Shown here piece after piece: positions 9,596-18,985 of a stretch of 64,000 bases of DNA; within the stretch, counting starts at the first letter, position 1; each line of letters begins with the position of its first letter. Origin of the DNA: a virus; IMG/VR virus record IMGVR_UViG_3300028585_000021, positions 1 to 64,000 of that record, one strand, 5' to 3'. Below the pieces are notes generated by a model. It searched no databases. It saw only the letters and a program-made list of their open reading frames with translations, and was not told the DNA's origin. The position numbers and the translations under genes are program-made.

Positions 9596-12500
9596 TTAGT
9601 CCTGCAGTAGGTCGTTGAGCGCCGGATCACTGATGCTCAGGGTTGATGATGTGCGGGGTGCCGGTTGCGCCGTGTTAACCACTTTGTCCGGCGCGGTGTC
9701 GCTTTTTTTCTTCGTAACGCCCAGCAGTGCTTCCAGCTGGGTGCGCATACCTTTCAGCTCCTTGAGCATGTCCTGATCGTTATTGCTGGTATCGCCACTC
9801 ATCATCGGGCGCATGCCGCTGCGCGGAAGATCGGTCACGTTCTGGATCTGTGCCGGGTGATTCAGAAGCGGCTGCTGTGCAGGCCTTGTCTGCGCCGCAC
9901 TGCCGCCGTTCAGATAGGATTTACCGGCGCTGGCCAGCGTCTCTGTTCCGGTGTCGAGCCAGCCACCAGCTTTGCTTGTAAGCGGAGAAATGGCGCGCAG
10001 AATGCCCGGATCTGAAATGCCTGCTTGGTCCAGCACGCTGCTTACCATGTCGTTGCCGCTGAAGCCCCCAAGAGTCTGACTAAAGGTGTCGCTGATAGCG
10101 GGCATGATCGAGGCGCTGACGGCGTTTACCCCGTCTTTTGCACCGCCCAGCATGCGATCAAACAGCCCGTTGCCTTCAGCCGGTGTGGCTGGTGTTTGGG
10201 TGCTGGCCACAGTGATCGGCGTTTCAGACGTAGCAGAACCGGGACGGGCGCGTACGCTGCCGGTTGAGACGTGGGATGTGACGGCAGGACGTGAACGGCT
10301 GGCTATCTGGTCCGGTGACAGTGCGGCCAGCTGGAGACCAGCAGGGAGTGATTCGCCAGCAGGCAGGGACAGGCCGCTGGTGGGACGTTTACGGGACATA
10401 CCGGCCACACCCAGTGATTCAGTTGCGCCCTGCACTTTCCCATCAGCCCACTCATTAAGAGCTTTGACCTGGCTCCATGCGCCAGCGCCGGCGTGTTTGA
10501 TTTTCTCTACTGCGCCGCTGGCTGGCTTGTTCTTGTCGGCTTCCTTTGCTGCAGCAACCTGCGAGACCGTGGGCGCTGTTGGGGCGACTGCTGGCACTGC
10601 TACTGCGGGTGCTGTCACAGGTGCGGAAATTGGTGCCAGTGCGGCGGCGGGTGCCACCGCGCCCGCTGTCAGTTTCACCTTTTCGCCAGCAGAATAAAGC
10701 GAGTCTGCTGCAATAGGTGCCTGCCCCTGCTTCGCACGCGCTTCATTCACAGATTTCAGGGATTCATCGCTAAATTTCCCGCCGACCCATTTACCATTTT
10801 CATTGTGGCCAATGGCGTTCATCATGAAATCGTTCGTGACCTGCGGATTACCGCCCTCGATGGTGGCAATACCGCGCATCATCTGCGTCATGACTTTGGG
10901 ATCTTTGAGGTCCAGCTGCTGATCGCCACGCACGCCCAGCTTTTTCGAGAGCGAATCCACATACTGTGACGTATTGTTTTCACTCTCCGGCGCATACAGC
11001 TTGATAATGTCCTGTACGGTATTCAGCTTTTGGTATCCGGCAGCTTTAGAGGTGCCTTCTGAATAGCTGGTCAGCTGATTCGCCAGCGCTCTGAATCCTT
11101 CCTCCGGCGTGTTAAATTTGGCAAATCGCGCTTCACCTTTACCGTTTTTGGCCTCCAGGCTTGCGCCCTCCTGCCCCACATAGTTCAGATTGCCAAAATT
11201 GTTGTTACGGAATGATCGAACCTTCGCATTTGCGCCACCCACATTGAGATCAGCGCCAATGCTGTTCTGCGCCACGTCGGCATAATCAGCAGTGCTTTTG
11301 CCCTGCGTACCTACGCCGTCCTCGCCCCACTCGCCACCCTGCAGCTGTGAACCCAGGCGGTTAATTGCCGTGACGGTTTTGGTAGTGCCATCAGTGATCG
11401 CTTTCGTCTGCTCAGCGCTGGTACCGGTCAGCTTGTCATAGACGCCCGACGCGCTGGTTGAGAAGGCGCTGAACATGTCACCTACCTTGCTTAGCCCCGT
11501 ATCCAGTCCCTTAGCTATATCGCCGGTATCAAACGTGAGTGATTTCGCAACCCCGTTCATACCCAGCGCAGAAGCGCCGGACGCCAGCAGGCCGGATGCA
11601 CCAGATACCAGCCCGCCCATATTCAGCACGTTGGCGGCTGTGTACTCGCTCTTCTGCTTGCCGCTGACGGTAGCGCCTTCTTTAAGACCAAAGGCTCTCT
11701 GCTGGCCGTCTGTGTCGTTGTACCCTTCGTATGCGTCCATGCCCGCGCCGATAACGGTCCCGACCAATGGGATCGCTTTAAGCGCAGTTTTACCAGCGAC
11801 TTTACCTGCAACCTTCAGCCCGCCCTTTTCCGTTGTTTTCTCAGCTGCAGTCTGAGTAGCTTTCTCGCCAGCTTTAGACAGTTCTTTTCCAGTCACACCG
11901 CCAGCGGCAATAGTTGCACCGGCAGCAGCAGTTGTGGCCGCTGCACCGGCGACCGTTGCCGCCTTTTTGCCGCCTTTCAGCACTTCCATTGCCTTTGCCA
12001 ATAGGCCTTTCTTTTTCGGTTTTGGCTTGGGTTTAGAGGCATCCGGCTTGCCTTTACCGTCCGGCAGCAGATCTCCGGCTACGTCAGCCACATCAGCAGC
12101 AGCTGACAGAGGTCCGCGTTTACGGCCGCGGCGTTTACGCCTGCCCGGAATCAGCGAGTCCATCAGCCCGCCAGCGCCTTTACTGGACGTATGAGACAGC
12201 TTTTTGACTTCCTCGCGCACGTCGTCCAGAGCATCCACAATGCGATCGTCATTGGCGGCGATAACTTTGGTTTGTTCCTGCGTGACCTGGATAGCCTTAG
12301 CCTGTTGAGCGTTTTTAAAACCGTCTGCGGATTTTGGCTTACCGATTGCTGGTGGCGTTCTGGCTTCGGTAGTCACAGGTGGATGAATTAATGGAGGCTC
12401 CATTTTCAGCGCAGCGTTGCCTTCCGTTTTACCCTGCATGAAGTTTTTTAGCGTAACGACGTTCTTACCGACTTCGGCAGAAATGTCATACATGCCTTTA

Positions 12501-13267
12501 CCCATCATCCAGAGCGGACCACCAGCAGCCGTGCCAGCAATGTCTGCGCCTGAAGACATACGATCGCTGTTCGTTTCAGTGGCAGATTCCAGCATGCTCC
12601 CCAGTGATCGGAAAAATCCCTGCTGTTGTTTTTGCTCAGCGCGGCGCGCATTTTTTTCCTGGGTTTCAGCTGACGCAGCGGCAGAATCTGTACGTGCTTT
12701 AAAGCGGCCCCCGGCATCACGACCAGGCGTGTTACCCCCAGCCGTACTGGTTTCAGACTCCACTTCTGAATCAGCTTTCGACTGACGAACAGAACGTACA
12801 TTTCTGACACTTGAAACGCCACCAGCAACACTCAAGTTCGTTTTTTTATTACCTTTTAAAGGTAAATTTTCTTCACTTATCTGCCCTTTAGACTGCCTCC
12901 AGCTATCTAAAGACACGGAATTTTTGTTTTTATTACCTTCTAAAGGTGATTTATCACCTTTCAAGCGTCTTTTTTTGACACTTAAACTGTCATTTATTTC
13001 TGTAGGTAATTTTATTTTACTTTTTGTCTTATTTTTGTCCTTTAAAGCGTCATTTTTATTATTGCTTTTTTCTTTTCTTTCTTCACCTCCTTGCCGGGAA
13101 AGGGATCGTGTAACACGCATCCCTGTAGTCTCCTGGCGGTTATTCAAGTGTTGAGAAGGGCGTAATTTCGATATTTCCTGACGTATAAGAGCCATTTCCT
13201 TTAGTTGGTCACGGCTGGCAATCTCAATTGCGTCAATAATCTGGTTTAATTCCTGGAAATTCTTCAT
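9596..13267 (-). CDS. Tail tape measure protein (P1 Sit position)
   Basis: 1223 aa, the largest tail ORF, Ala/Gly/Lys-rich and low-complexity with helical segments. It lies between a chaperone-position gene and the baseplate genes. Confidence 0.7.
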   Translation of the reverse strand: MKNFQELNQIIDAIEIASRDQLKEMALIRQEISKLRPSQHLNNRQETTGMRVTRSLSRQGGEERKEKSNNKNDALKDKNKTKSKIKLPTEINDSLSVKKRRLKGDKSPLEGNKNKNSVSLDSWRQSKGQISEENLPLKGNKKTNLSVAGGVSSVRNVRSVRQSKADSEVESETSTAGGNTPGRDAGGRFKARTDSAAASAETQEKNARRAEQKQQQGFFRSLGSMLESATETNSDRMSSGADIAGTAAGGPLWMMGKGMYDISAEVGKNVVTLKNFMQGKTEGNAALKMEPPLIHPPVTTEARTPPAIGKPKSADGFKNAQQAKAIQVTQEQTKVIAANDDRIVDALDDVREEVKKLSHTSSKGAGGLMDSLIPGRRKRRGRKRGPLSAAADVADVAGDLLPDGKGKPDASKPKPKPKKKGLLAKAMEVLKGGKKAATVAGAAATTAAAGATIAAGGVTGKELSKAGEKATQTAAEKTTEKGGLKVAGKVAGKTALKAIPLVGTVIGAGMDAYEGYNDTDGQQRAFGLKEGATVSGKQKSEYTAANVLNMGGLVSGASGLLASGASALGMNGVAKSLTFDTGDIAKGLDTGLSKVGDMFSAFSTSASGVYDKLTGTSAEQTKAITDGTTKTVTAINRLGSQLQGGEWGEDGVGTQGKSTADYADVAQNSIGADLNVGGANAKVRSFRNNNFGNLNYVGQEGASLEAKNGKGEARFAKFNTPEEGFRALANQLTSYSEGTSKAAGYQKLNTVQDIIKLYAPESENNTSQYVDSLSKKLGVRGDQQLDLKDPKVMTQMMRGIATIEGGNPQVTNDFMMNAIGHNENGKWVGGKFSDESLKSVNEARAKQGQAPIAADSLYSAGEKVKLTAGAVAPAAALAPISAPVTAPAVAVPAVAPTAPTVSQVAAAKEADKNKPASGAVEKIKHAGAGAWSQVKALNEWADGKVQGATESLGVAGMSRKRPTSGLSLPAGESLPAGLQLAALSPDQIASRSRPAVTSHVSTGSVRARPGSATSETPITVASTQTPATPAEGNGLFDRMLGGAKDGVNAVSASIMPAISDTFSQTLGGFSGNDMVSSVLDQAGISDPGILRAISPLTSKAGGWLDTGTETLASAGKSYLNGGSAAQTRPAQQPLLNHPAQIQNVTDLPRSGMRPMMSGDTSNNDQDMLKELKGMRTQLEALLGVTKKKSDTAPDKVVNTAQPAPRTSSTLSISDPALNDLLQD

Positions 13268-13387
13268 TCAGATCCGCTTCTGCTTCTTCTCAATTGTTCT
13301 GTGAGCGTGTTGTTCATCTGAATAGCGCGCCATAAAGGTAGTGCGTCAACGTCACCTACGGGCTGGCGGGCTGTCAGCGTCAGGTTG

Positions 13388-14206
13388 TCAATGATGGTTA
13401 GCCATCCACTGAGGTGAAAATCGTGGAACAAAAAATCCAGAGCGAAATGGGATAAACAGTTGAGTCGTGTTCATCTGCATGCCCTCCTTTTCACAGGCGC
13501 ATGGCGGGAGCAGAAGACGAACCTCACCCTGTGTGATTTGCATCAGTAGGCCATGCCGGAGATTGCGCTGCATCAGCTGAATGTGAGCCACCAGCGGCGC
13601 GAACTCGAGATCGGGAACCATGCTTTCCAGTATGTCGAAGCGGCGATTTGCGGCCTCTTCATAGTCTTCCGGATCGTCATCTAACGCAGTGCAAAGCGCG
13701 AACTCCGCGATGCGCATGCGCATAATGGCGGCTTCATAATCCAGAGCGTCAGCATCCGGCAGACCGGCGCGCATACGCTCCAGCATTTCCTGCCCGCGCC
13801 CGGTCAACGGCTTAAGTGTCCACTCAGTCGGTACACCATTGACCGGGACATTGACGCGCTCATAGGGCGCAATGGTCAGCAGCTCAACGGTCTCCGCCAA
13901 CTCGCCCAGATCAAAGTCATAGGTGTGAAGCTCCTGGCAGTGCTCACAGCTGTAGTGAAATGCCTCCAGGTTATCAGCGCGACTGTTAATCATGATCCAC
14001 CACAGCGCTGTGCGTCGTTCCTGTGCGGTCCAGTCGCGGCTATCATCAATCGGGCCTTCCTGCAGTGCATTCAGGTATTCCGTAACGCGCCGCTCGTCGC
14101 CGAGCACGTCGGGAGAGCAGTACTTTAGGGCGTCTTTGATCACGGGCTGACGGAAGATGATTTCAGTAGTAGGGCGCGACGCCAGCGGCAGTGGAGGAAT
14201 GATCAC
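13388..14206 (-). CDS. Putative tail assembly chaperone-position protein
   Basis: 272-aa ORF immediately upstream of the tape measure. A T6 slippery run near its end opens an alternative frame that terminates on the tape measure ATG (see findings). Confidence 0.4.
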   Translation of the reverse strand: MIIPPLPLASRPTTEIIFRQPVIKDALKYCSPDVLGDERRVTEYLNALQEGPIDDSRDWTAQERRTALWWIMINSRADNLEAFHYSCEHCQELHTYDFDLGELAETVELLTIAPYERVNVPVNGVPTEWTLKPLTGRGQEMLERMRAGLPDADALDYEAAIMRMRIAEFALCTALDDDPEDYEEAANRRFDILESMVPDLEFAPLVAHIQLMQRNLRHGLLMQITQGEVRLLLPPCACEKEGMQMNTTQLFIPFRSGFFVPRFSPQWMANHH

Positions 14207-14217
14207 TGTGTTGTCCT

Positions 14218-14940
14218 TCAGAATTTAATGAGGTTTGATGCGGATGATTGAACCTGGTTTGTAATTCCCCCGGTTACTCCTTTCAGCAATCCGTTTGCGA
14301 GACTTCCGGCGCTGGTGTACTTCACGAACGTCACCGGAATGGTGGCAAACTCGCCTACGGCATCACGGGCGCGGGAAATCTCACCGATCGTAGTGATAAA
14401 GCCTTTCATTTCCTCTTCCAGCGTGGCGCGACCGTCCTGTGAGACGCGATAGATCCGGATGTTAAGCAGGTAGGCTGGCGGCAGATTAAAGGTGCCGTCT
14501 CCGTTATGGATCCGCGCACGGCGCTCCTTAAACTTCTGGAGAAGTTCGCCATCCTCGTTATCACGAACGGTCATCGAGACAGAGCCCGCCGTAACGTGAG
14601 TGGGCTTCACAAACTCGTTACCGCCAATCAGCTTGCTTTCAGTCTCAACATTGCCCGTGCTGTAGGTGATATCTTTCACGTACATGTCCACGCGGGAGAA
14701 GCCGTCTATCTCGATGTTCCACTGCCAGCCCTGCGCATAACGGATGCGCATAGCCATTTCAAGGATGGTTTTTGCATTGGCCAGTTCAGGTGGCAGACCG
14801 GCATACGATGCGCCGGCGCCGCCGCTCATGCTGGCGGAGGCACGCGATAGGATGTTGGAGATCAAATTGCTTCCGGCCTGTTTGGCCGTGCTGGTGGCAA
14901 AGCCTTTAATGTTCCCAGCCAGCCCGTTAAAAAAGCTCAT
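14218..14940 (-). CDS. Tail/baseplate structural protein (hypothetical)
   Basis: 240-aa ORF in the tail operon, tightly packed with its neighbours. Confidence 0.5.
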   Translation of the reverse strand: MSFFNGLAGNIKGFATSTAKQAGSNLISNILSRASASMSGGAGASYAGLPPELANAKTILEMAMRIRYAQGWQWNIEIDGFSRVDMYVKDITYSTGNVETESKLIGGNEFVKPTHVTAGSVSMTVRDNEDGELLQKFKERRARIHNGDGTFNLPPAYLLNIRIYRVSQDGRATLEEEMKGFITTIGEISRARDAVGEFATIPVTFVKYTSAGSLANGLLKGVTGGITNQVQSSASNLIKF

Positions 14941-14949
14941 AGCGCCCCC

Positions 14950-15501
14950 TTACCACGTGCTCATTGCGGGAATGATTGCCCGGCTTGTGGAGATCTGCAT
15001 TTCCAGATCGGTTTTACGCTGGTGGAGCGTGGCCTCGTCCGGCAGAAAGGATGCGTCAAACTTCCCGGCGATGTGCAAACGGCGCAGGCGCTCTACGTTC
15101 GGGGTAGCAATCAGCACTTCCAGGTAGTCTTCAAGCAGCCCGGTAATGTCTGCAGGTAACTGCGTTTTTTCGTAATCGCAGTCGCGGATATTGCGAAAGT
15201 AGAGCAGGGTAAACGGCCATTTCTCGCGGCCAGTCAGCTCAAGCTCAATGGTTGAATCGTAGGGATCGGCATACACCAGCGCGCCATTGAAGTCATTCAC
15301 GTTTACCAGAGACAGGTAATCAGACGGAAAAGGGAGGCTTGCGCCCCCCGTTTTCTCAATGCGTTTACGGCCTGGTACACCGGCCCGATCCTGATAAACG
15401 CCGAGAGCCTGGCGGAGAAGGCTGGTTAACAGCGCTTCTTCATCCACCAGCAGCGTCGTGAAGCGCGCTTTCACGGCCTCAAGCAGTTCGACCGGCGTCA
15501 T
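14950..15501 (-). CDS. Hypothetical virion protein (connector/adaptor-like N-terminus)
   Basis: 183-aa ORF. The N-terminus LLEAVKARFTTLLVDEEALLTSLLRQAL resembles head-tail adaptor N-termini. Weak call. Confidence 0.35.
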   Translation of the reverse strand: MTPVELLEAVKARFTTLLVDEEALLTSLLRQALGVYQDRAGVPGRKRIEKTGGASLPFPSDYLSLVNVNDFNGALVYADPYDSTIELELTGREKWPFTLLYFRNIRDCDYEKTQLPADITGLLEDYLEVLIATPNVERLRRLHIAGKFDASFLPDEATLHQRKTDLEMQISTSRAIIPAMSTW

Positions 15502-15503
15502 GA

Positions 15504-15995
15504 TTATTCAGCCCAGTTGTAAACAACGCGCAGCGGCATCTTCACAGCTGCAGTAGTGTCTTCAGAGCCAAAATCCACGGCATCTGAATACACCTTACAA
15601 TGCAGGTAACTACGGGTCAGGCCAGCGCTGTCACCGCCGTTAGACTCTGCTGCAGCAGCAAACGTGAGATCCACATATTCCTTGTTAAGCACCATCTTGC
15701 GGACCGCTGCAAACACGTCGCCTTTGATGGTTTCAACACAGGTCATCTGGAACTCGCCAGAGTTCTTAATAGAACCATGCTGATTAAACTTCATGCCACC
15801 TGGTGCCACGTCTTCAACGTCCTCACGGGCCATTTCCGGCAGCTGCGTGGTACGGATCAGAATAGAGAGGTTTGGGTAGCCTTTAACGGTCATCCAGTAC
15901 TCAGAGCCGATAAGTTTTTCACCTGCGGCAAGGTTCTGGTTAAAGCGCTTTTTCAGAAAAGCCGTGTCGGCTTTCGTGTTGGAAAATCCGGACAT
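15504..15995 (-). CDS. Putative tail tube protein
   Basis: 163 aa, downstream of the sheath gene in the same operon. Size and beta-rich composition are typical of myovirus tube proteins. Confidence 0.45.
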   Translation of the reverse strand: MSGFSNTKADTAFLKKRFNQNLAAGEKLIGSEYWMTVKGYPNLSILIRTTQLPEMAREDVEDVAPGGMKFNQHGSIKNSGEFQMTCVETIKGDVFAAVRKMVLNKEYVDLTFAAAAESNGGDSAGLTRSYLHCKVYSDAVDFGSEDTTAAVKMPLRVVYNWAE

Positions 15996-16005
15996 TATTT
16001 GTTCC

Positions 16006-16596
16006 TCAGATAAACATATATGGAATATCAGACTGGTTCTGGACGCTCAGGCCGGAGCACTGAAGCGTGACGGTGTTGTGTGTGTAATGCCCGTCCGCAG
16101 TGCGTGGCGCGTCCAGCTGGTAGCCGACGCTTCGGATCACCACGTCCATCAGCTTCAGGCGACGGCCAACGTCCATAATCACGGGGAGAGGACGGCGGCC
16201 ACCCGGCAGCGCGGCGTTCAGTTCAGGTGAGGCCATCTGCTGCAGGGTCATGATCGCGTCCATTACTTCCACCTTTGCGTTCATCGTGGCCATCAGGTCT
16301 ACAACGATGCTGAACTCAGGCGGCTGCTGGCCTTCCCAGATAAGCAGGGAGTTGAAGTCCGACTTTGATGTACTGCCGCTCACCGCCTGTACGCCGCCCG
16401 CCAGCTTGCCGCCAGCAGCACTCACTGCACCGGCGACGCCGCCCAGTGAGTCGTTGGCAAACGGGGATTCCCACATGGATTCAATGCTGGCTGTAGAGCC
16501 TTCCCCGATGTAGCCCACAACCATCGACGTTTCTGACGTGATATAGACTTTCAGGAAGGGGCTGACTCCATCCGGCATGATTGCACCGCAGATCAT
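16006..16596 (-). CDS. Hypothetical tail-associated protein
   Basis: 196-aa ORF with a GAGGA Shine-Dalgarno 7 nt upstream of its ATG, inside the sheath-tube operon. Confidence 0.5.
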   Translation of the reverse strand: MICGAIMPDGVSPFLKVYITSETSMVVGYIGEGSTASIESMWESPFANDSLGGVAGAVSAAGGKLAGGVQAVSGSTSKSDFNSLLIWEGQQPPEFSIVVDLMATMNAKVEVMDAIMTLQQMASPELNAALPGGRRPLPVIMDVGRRLKLMDVVIRSVGYQLDAPRTADGHYTHNTVTLQCSGLSVQNQSDIPYMFI

Positions 16597-16639
16597 CGCG
16601 CTATCCTCATTGCAGCCGGGAATACCCGGCTGCTATCCC

Positions 16640-17350
16640 TTACAGGCCGCGCTTCTTACGCAGTTTCATCGACTTTTTACGGTGCGCATTTGCCATTGAG
16701 CTATGCGCCTTCGTGCGGGCCTTTTTCAGCGCCTGTTTCTGGAGCGACGTCATGCGGCGCTTCTTCGGACGCTTACGGATCAGCGTAACTACGCCGTCGC
16801 GCACAGCTTTGAAGGTCGCTGATTCCAGCATGGCTTCGCCGCCTTCACCGCCAGCCACGGTGTAATCTGCGATCGCTTCGTCATCGTCTGCCAGGCCGGA
16901 AAGCGCCTCGAAAACGCTCTCAGCGGCGCTGTCGTCGTCGTCGTCGATCATGCTGGTGACGTCATCTTGATCTGCACCCAGGGCAACGGCGGCGTTCGCC
17001 AGCTGGCCCAGCGCGTCGTTGAATGCGTCTACCTGCTCATCATCCAGATCGTCGTCGTCAGACAGTGAATCCAGACCGGCCAGCACCAGTGCCAGCGCTT
17101 CAAAGCTGTCAGAATCGGCTTCGCCATCGGCCACCCAGCCCGCAAGCAGGGAAGCGGCTACAGAGCGGGTATCTTCGCCAGCGCGACGTTCTACAGCCTC
17201 AAACATCGCCACAATGCGCGCCGATGCAGCGTTGCCTAAACCCGCACTTTCCAGCATGGAATCTTTTACGGCTGGCTCTCCAGCCGGAGCTGGTGCTTCG
17301 AATGCCGCACCCAGCAGACCATGCGCGTTGTGATTAAAAATGTTGTTCAT
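16640..17350 (-). CDS. Highly acidic protein with a strongly basic C-terminal tail
   Basis: Start moved to the internal ATG (MNNIFNHN) because it has an AGAGGA Shine-Dalgarno and avoids overlapping the sheath gene. It has a D/E-rich core and ends KRPKKRRMTSLQKQALKKARTKAH..RKKRGL. Confidence 0.5.
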   Translation of the reverse strand: MNNIFNHNAHGLLGAAFEAPAPAGEPAVKDSMLESAGLGNAASARIVAMFEAVERRAGEDTRSVAASLLAGWVADGEADSDSFEALALVLAGLDSLSDDDDLDDEQVDAFNDALGQLANAAVALGADQDDVTSMIDDDDDSAAESVFEALSGLADDDEAIADYTVAGGEGGEAMLESATFKAVRDGVVTLIRKRPKKRRMTSLQKQALKKARTKAHSSMANAHRKKSMKLRKKRGL

Positions 17351-17361
17351 AATTTCCTCTA

Positions 17362-18939
17362 TTAACGGAACAGCGTTGGCTTGCCGACGATGCGGCGTGA
17401 AGAGCCGGTAGGGCAGACAGACCAGGATGCTTCCCACAGGTCGATATCTTTCTGCACGACGGAGACAACGAATGGCTGGGTGCCTTGCGTGACGTCACGC
17501 GGCTTAACCAGTGCTTCAGCGGCAACAAAGCGCTCCAGCAGGTCGGTTAAGCCGTCAGTCAGGCCTTTGAAGGTAATACCGTCCGGTTCATGCTTCAGCG
17601 CTTCTGCCACGTCATAAAAACCGCGTGCGATCGCGTTCATCAGCGAACTGATGTGCTGCAGGCGCAGGTAGTTGTTTTTGGCGAACGTGGTCAGGGAGTC
17701 GTCGATATACATGTTCCCGGCTTTGTCGAGGCTGACCGGGTTGATGCGCGCAGTGACAAATGCTTCGCGGTCGATCTCATCCAGGTTCGGGATAGGCTTG
17801 ATGTTCTGACGGTTGATGATTGCGCGTGACACGCCAGCCGGTGAGTAATGCCAGCCGCCGACGTCGGAGACCAACGCCACACCTTTAGCTTTCGCCACAA
17901 ACGCATCACAGGAGATACCCCAGTTAACGTTGGTGCCGGTGAATGCGTCGCGGGCGGTATACGGCCAGTAGTAGCGTGCTGGCTGGTGGGAACCGCCGAG
18001 ACCGTGGCTCAGCGCTTCGGCCATTGCTGCTGCCGACAACTGCGCGCCATGCACGTCATAAAACATGTCGGTACGGGTGTCTTCAGCCAGCTTGACCAGC
18101 GCCGCGATCACGGTCGGGTCATAGCAGCCCAGCGACAGCACCGCCGTCCAGGTGAACATGGATTTACGCAGGACAGTCAGGGCTTTGGTGTAGTCCGCCG
18201 TGGCAATAGCTGACAGGTCGCCATCAGTGCCGCCGCTAAACTGCATATCTTCGAAGCCTTCGGTGATCTGCTGCATCTGGGTTTCAACGTCATCCGCTAC
18301 AAGAGCGCGCAGGCGAGTCGAGCCATTTTCCAGTGCGGTTGGCAGGAAGGCAGGCGATCCCATGTCGCTGGTGGCGTTGGTATTGAATGAAATCTGGTGA
18401 GATTCCAGCACTGACTCACCACCAGCTGCGTCAATTTCTTTCAGCGTCAGGATGTAGAAGCCCGGTGCCGTTGTGTCTGCTTCCATGCTCAGGGTGCGAT
18501 TAGCTGAAGCGTCGCCATCCTCGATGTAAATCATCGCCGCAGCGCCTGCCGCCAGAGCCGGATCGGCTGACGGAGCAAAGTTGCTGGCCACAACGCTCAG
18601 CTGCTGCATGGTTTTGTCAGCCATCAGAGACAGGGCAGGGATCTTCATACCCGGTGCAGCCACGCGAACAAGATAGCCATCACCGCCGTTAACGGCAGTC
18701 GCTACATGGCGCAGTGGTTCAAATGCAGCGCCGCTGCGCGGATGAATTGCTGCACCCAGCACTGACTCATAGTTATCAGCGGTTACGCGCAGGACAGCGC
18801 CGATTTTGCCGCGGCGGGCAATGACCAGACCGGCAAAGACGGACGCGCCGCCAGATGCAACGGAAGTCGTCGCATCAGCGTTGACTTCCTGCACCGCAAT
18901 GCCGGACGCCTGGCCCACAGAAAAACGAATCTTATTCAT
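17362..18939 (-). CDS. Contractile tail sheath protein
   Basis: 525 aa. The C-terminal region (WHYSPAGVSRAI..INPV..MYIDDSLT...SSRRIVGKP) has the characteristic sheath-family pattern. It follows the capsid gene, as P1 gene 22 follows gene 23. Confidence 0.85.
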   Translation of the reverse strand: MNKIRFSVGQASGIAVQEVNADATTSVASGGASVFAGLVIARRGKIGAVLRVTADNYESVLGAAIHPRSGAAFEPLRHVATAVNGGDGYLVRVAAPGMKIPALSLMADKTMQQLSVVASNFAPSADPALAAGAAAMIYIEDGDASANRTLSMEADTTAPGFYILTLKEIDAAGGESVLESHQISFNTNATSDMGSPAFLPTALENGSTRLRALVADDVETQMQQITEGFEDMQFSGGTDGDLSAIATADYTKALTVLRKSMFTWTAVLSLGCYDPTVIAALVKLAEDTRTDMFYDVHGAQLSAAAMAEALSHGLGGSHQPARYYWPYTARDAFTGTNVNWGISCDAFVAKAKGVALVSDVGGWHYSPAGVSRAIINRQNIKPIPNLDEIDREAFVTARINPVSLDKAGNMYIDDSLTTFAKNNYLRLQHISSLMNAIARGFYDVAEALKHEPDGITFKGLTDGLTDLLERFVAAEALVKPRDVTQGTQPFVVSVVQKDIDLWEASWSVCPTGSSRRIVGKPTLFR

Positions 18940-18985
18940 GTGAAATGTCCATGAAATGCCCCCTTAACGGGGGCGTTAAGGGGGA

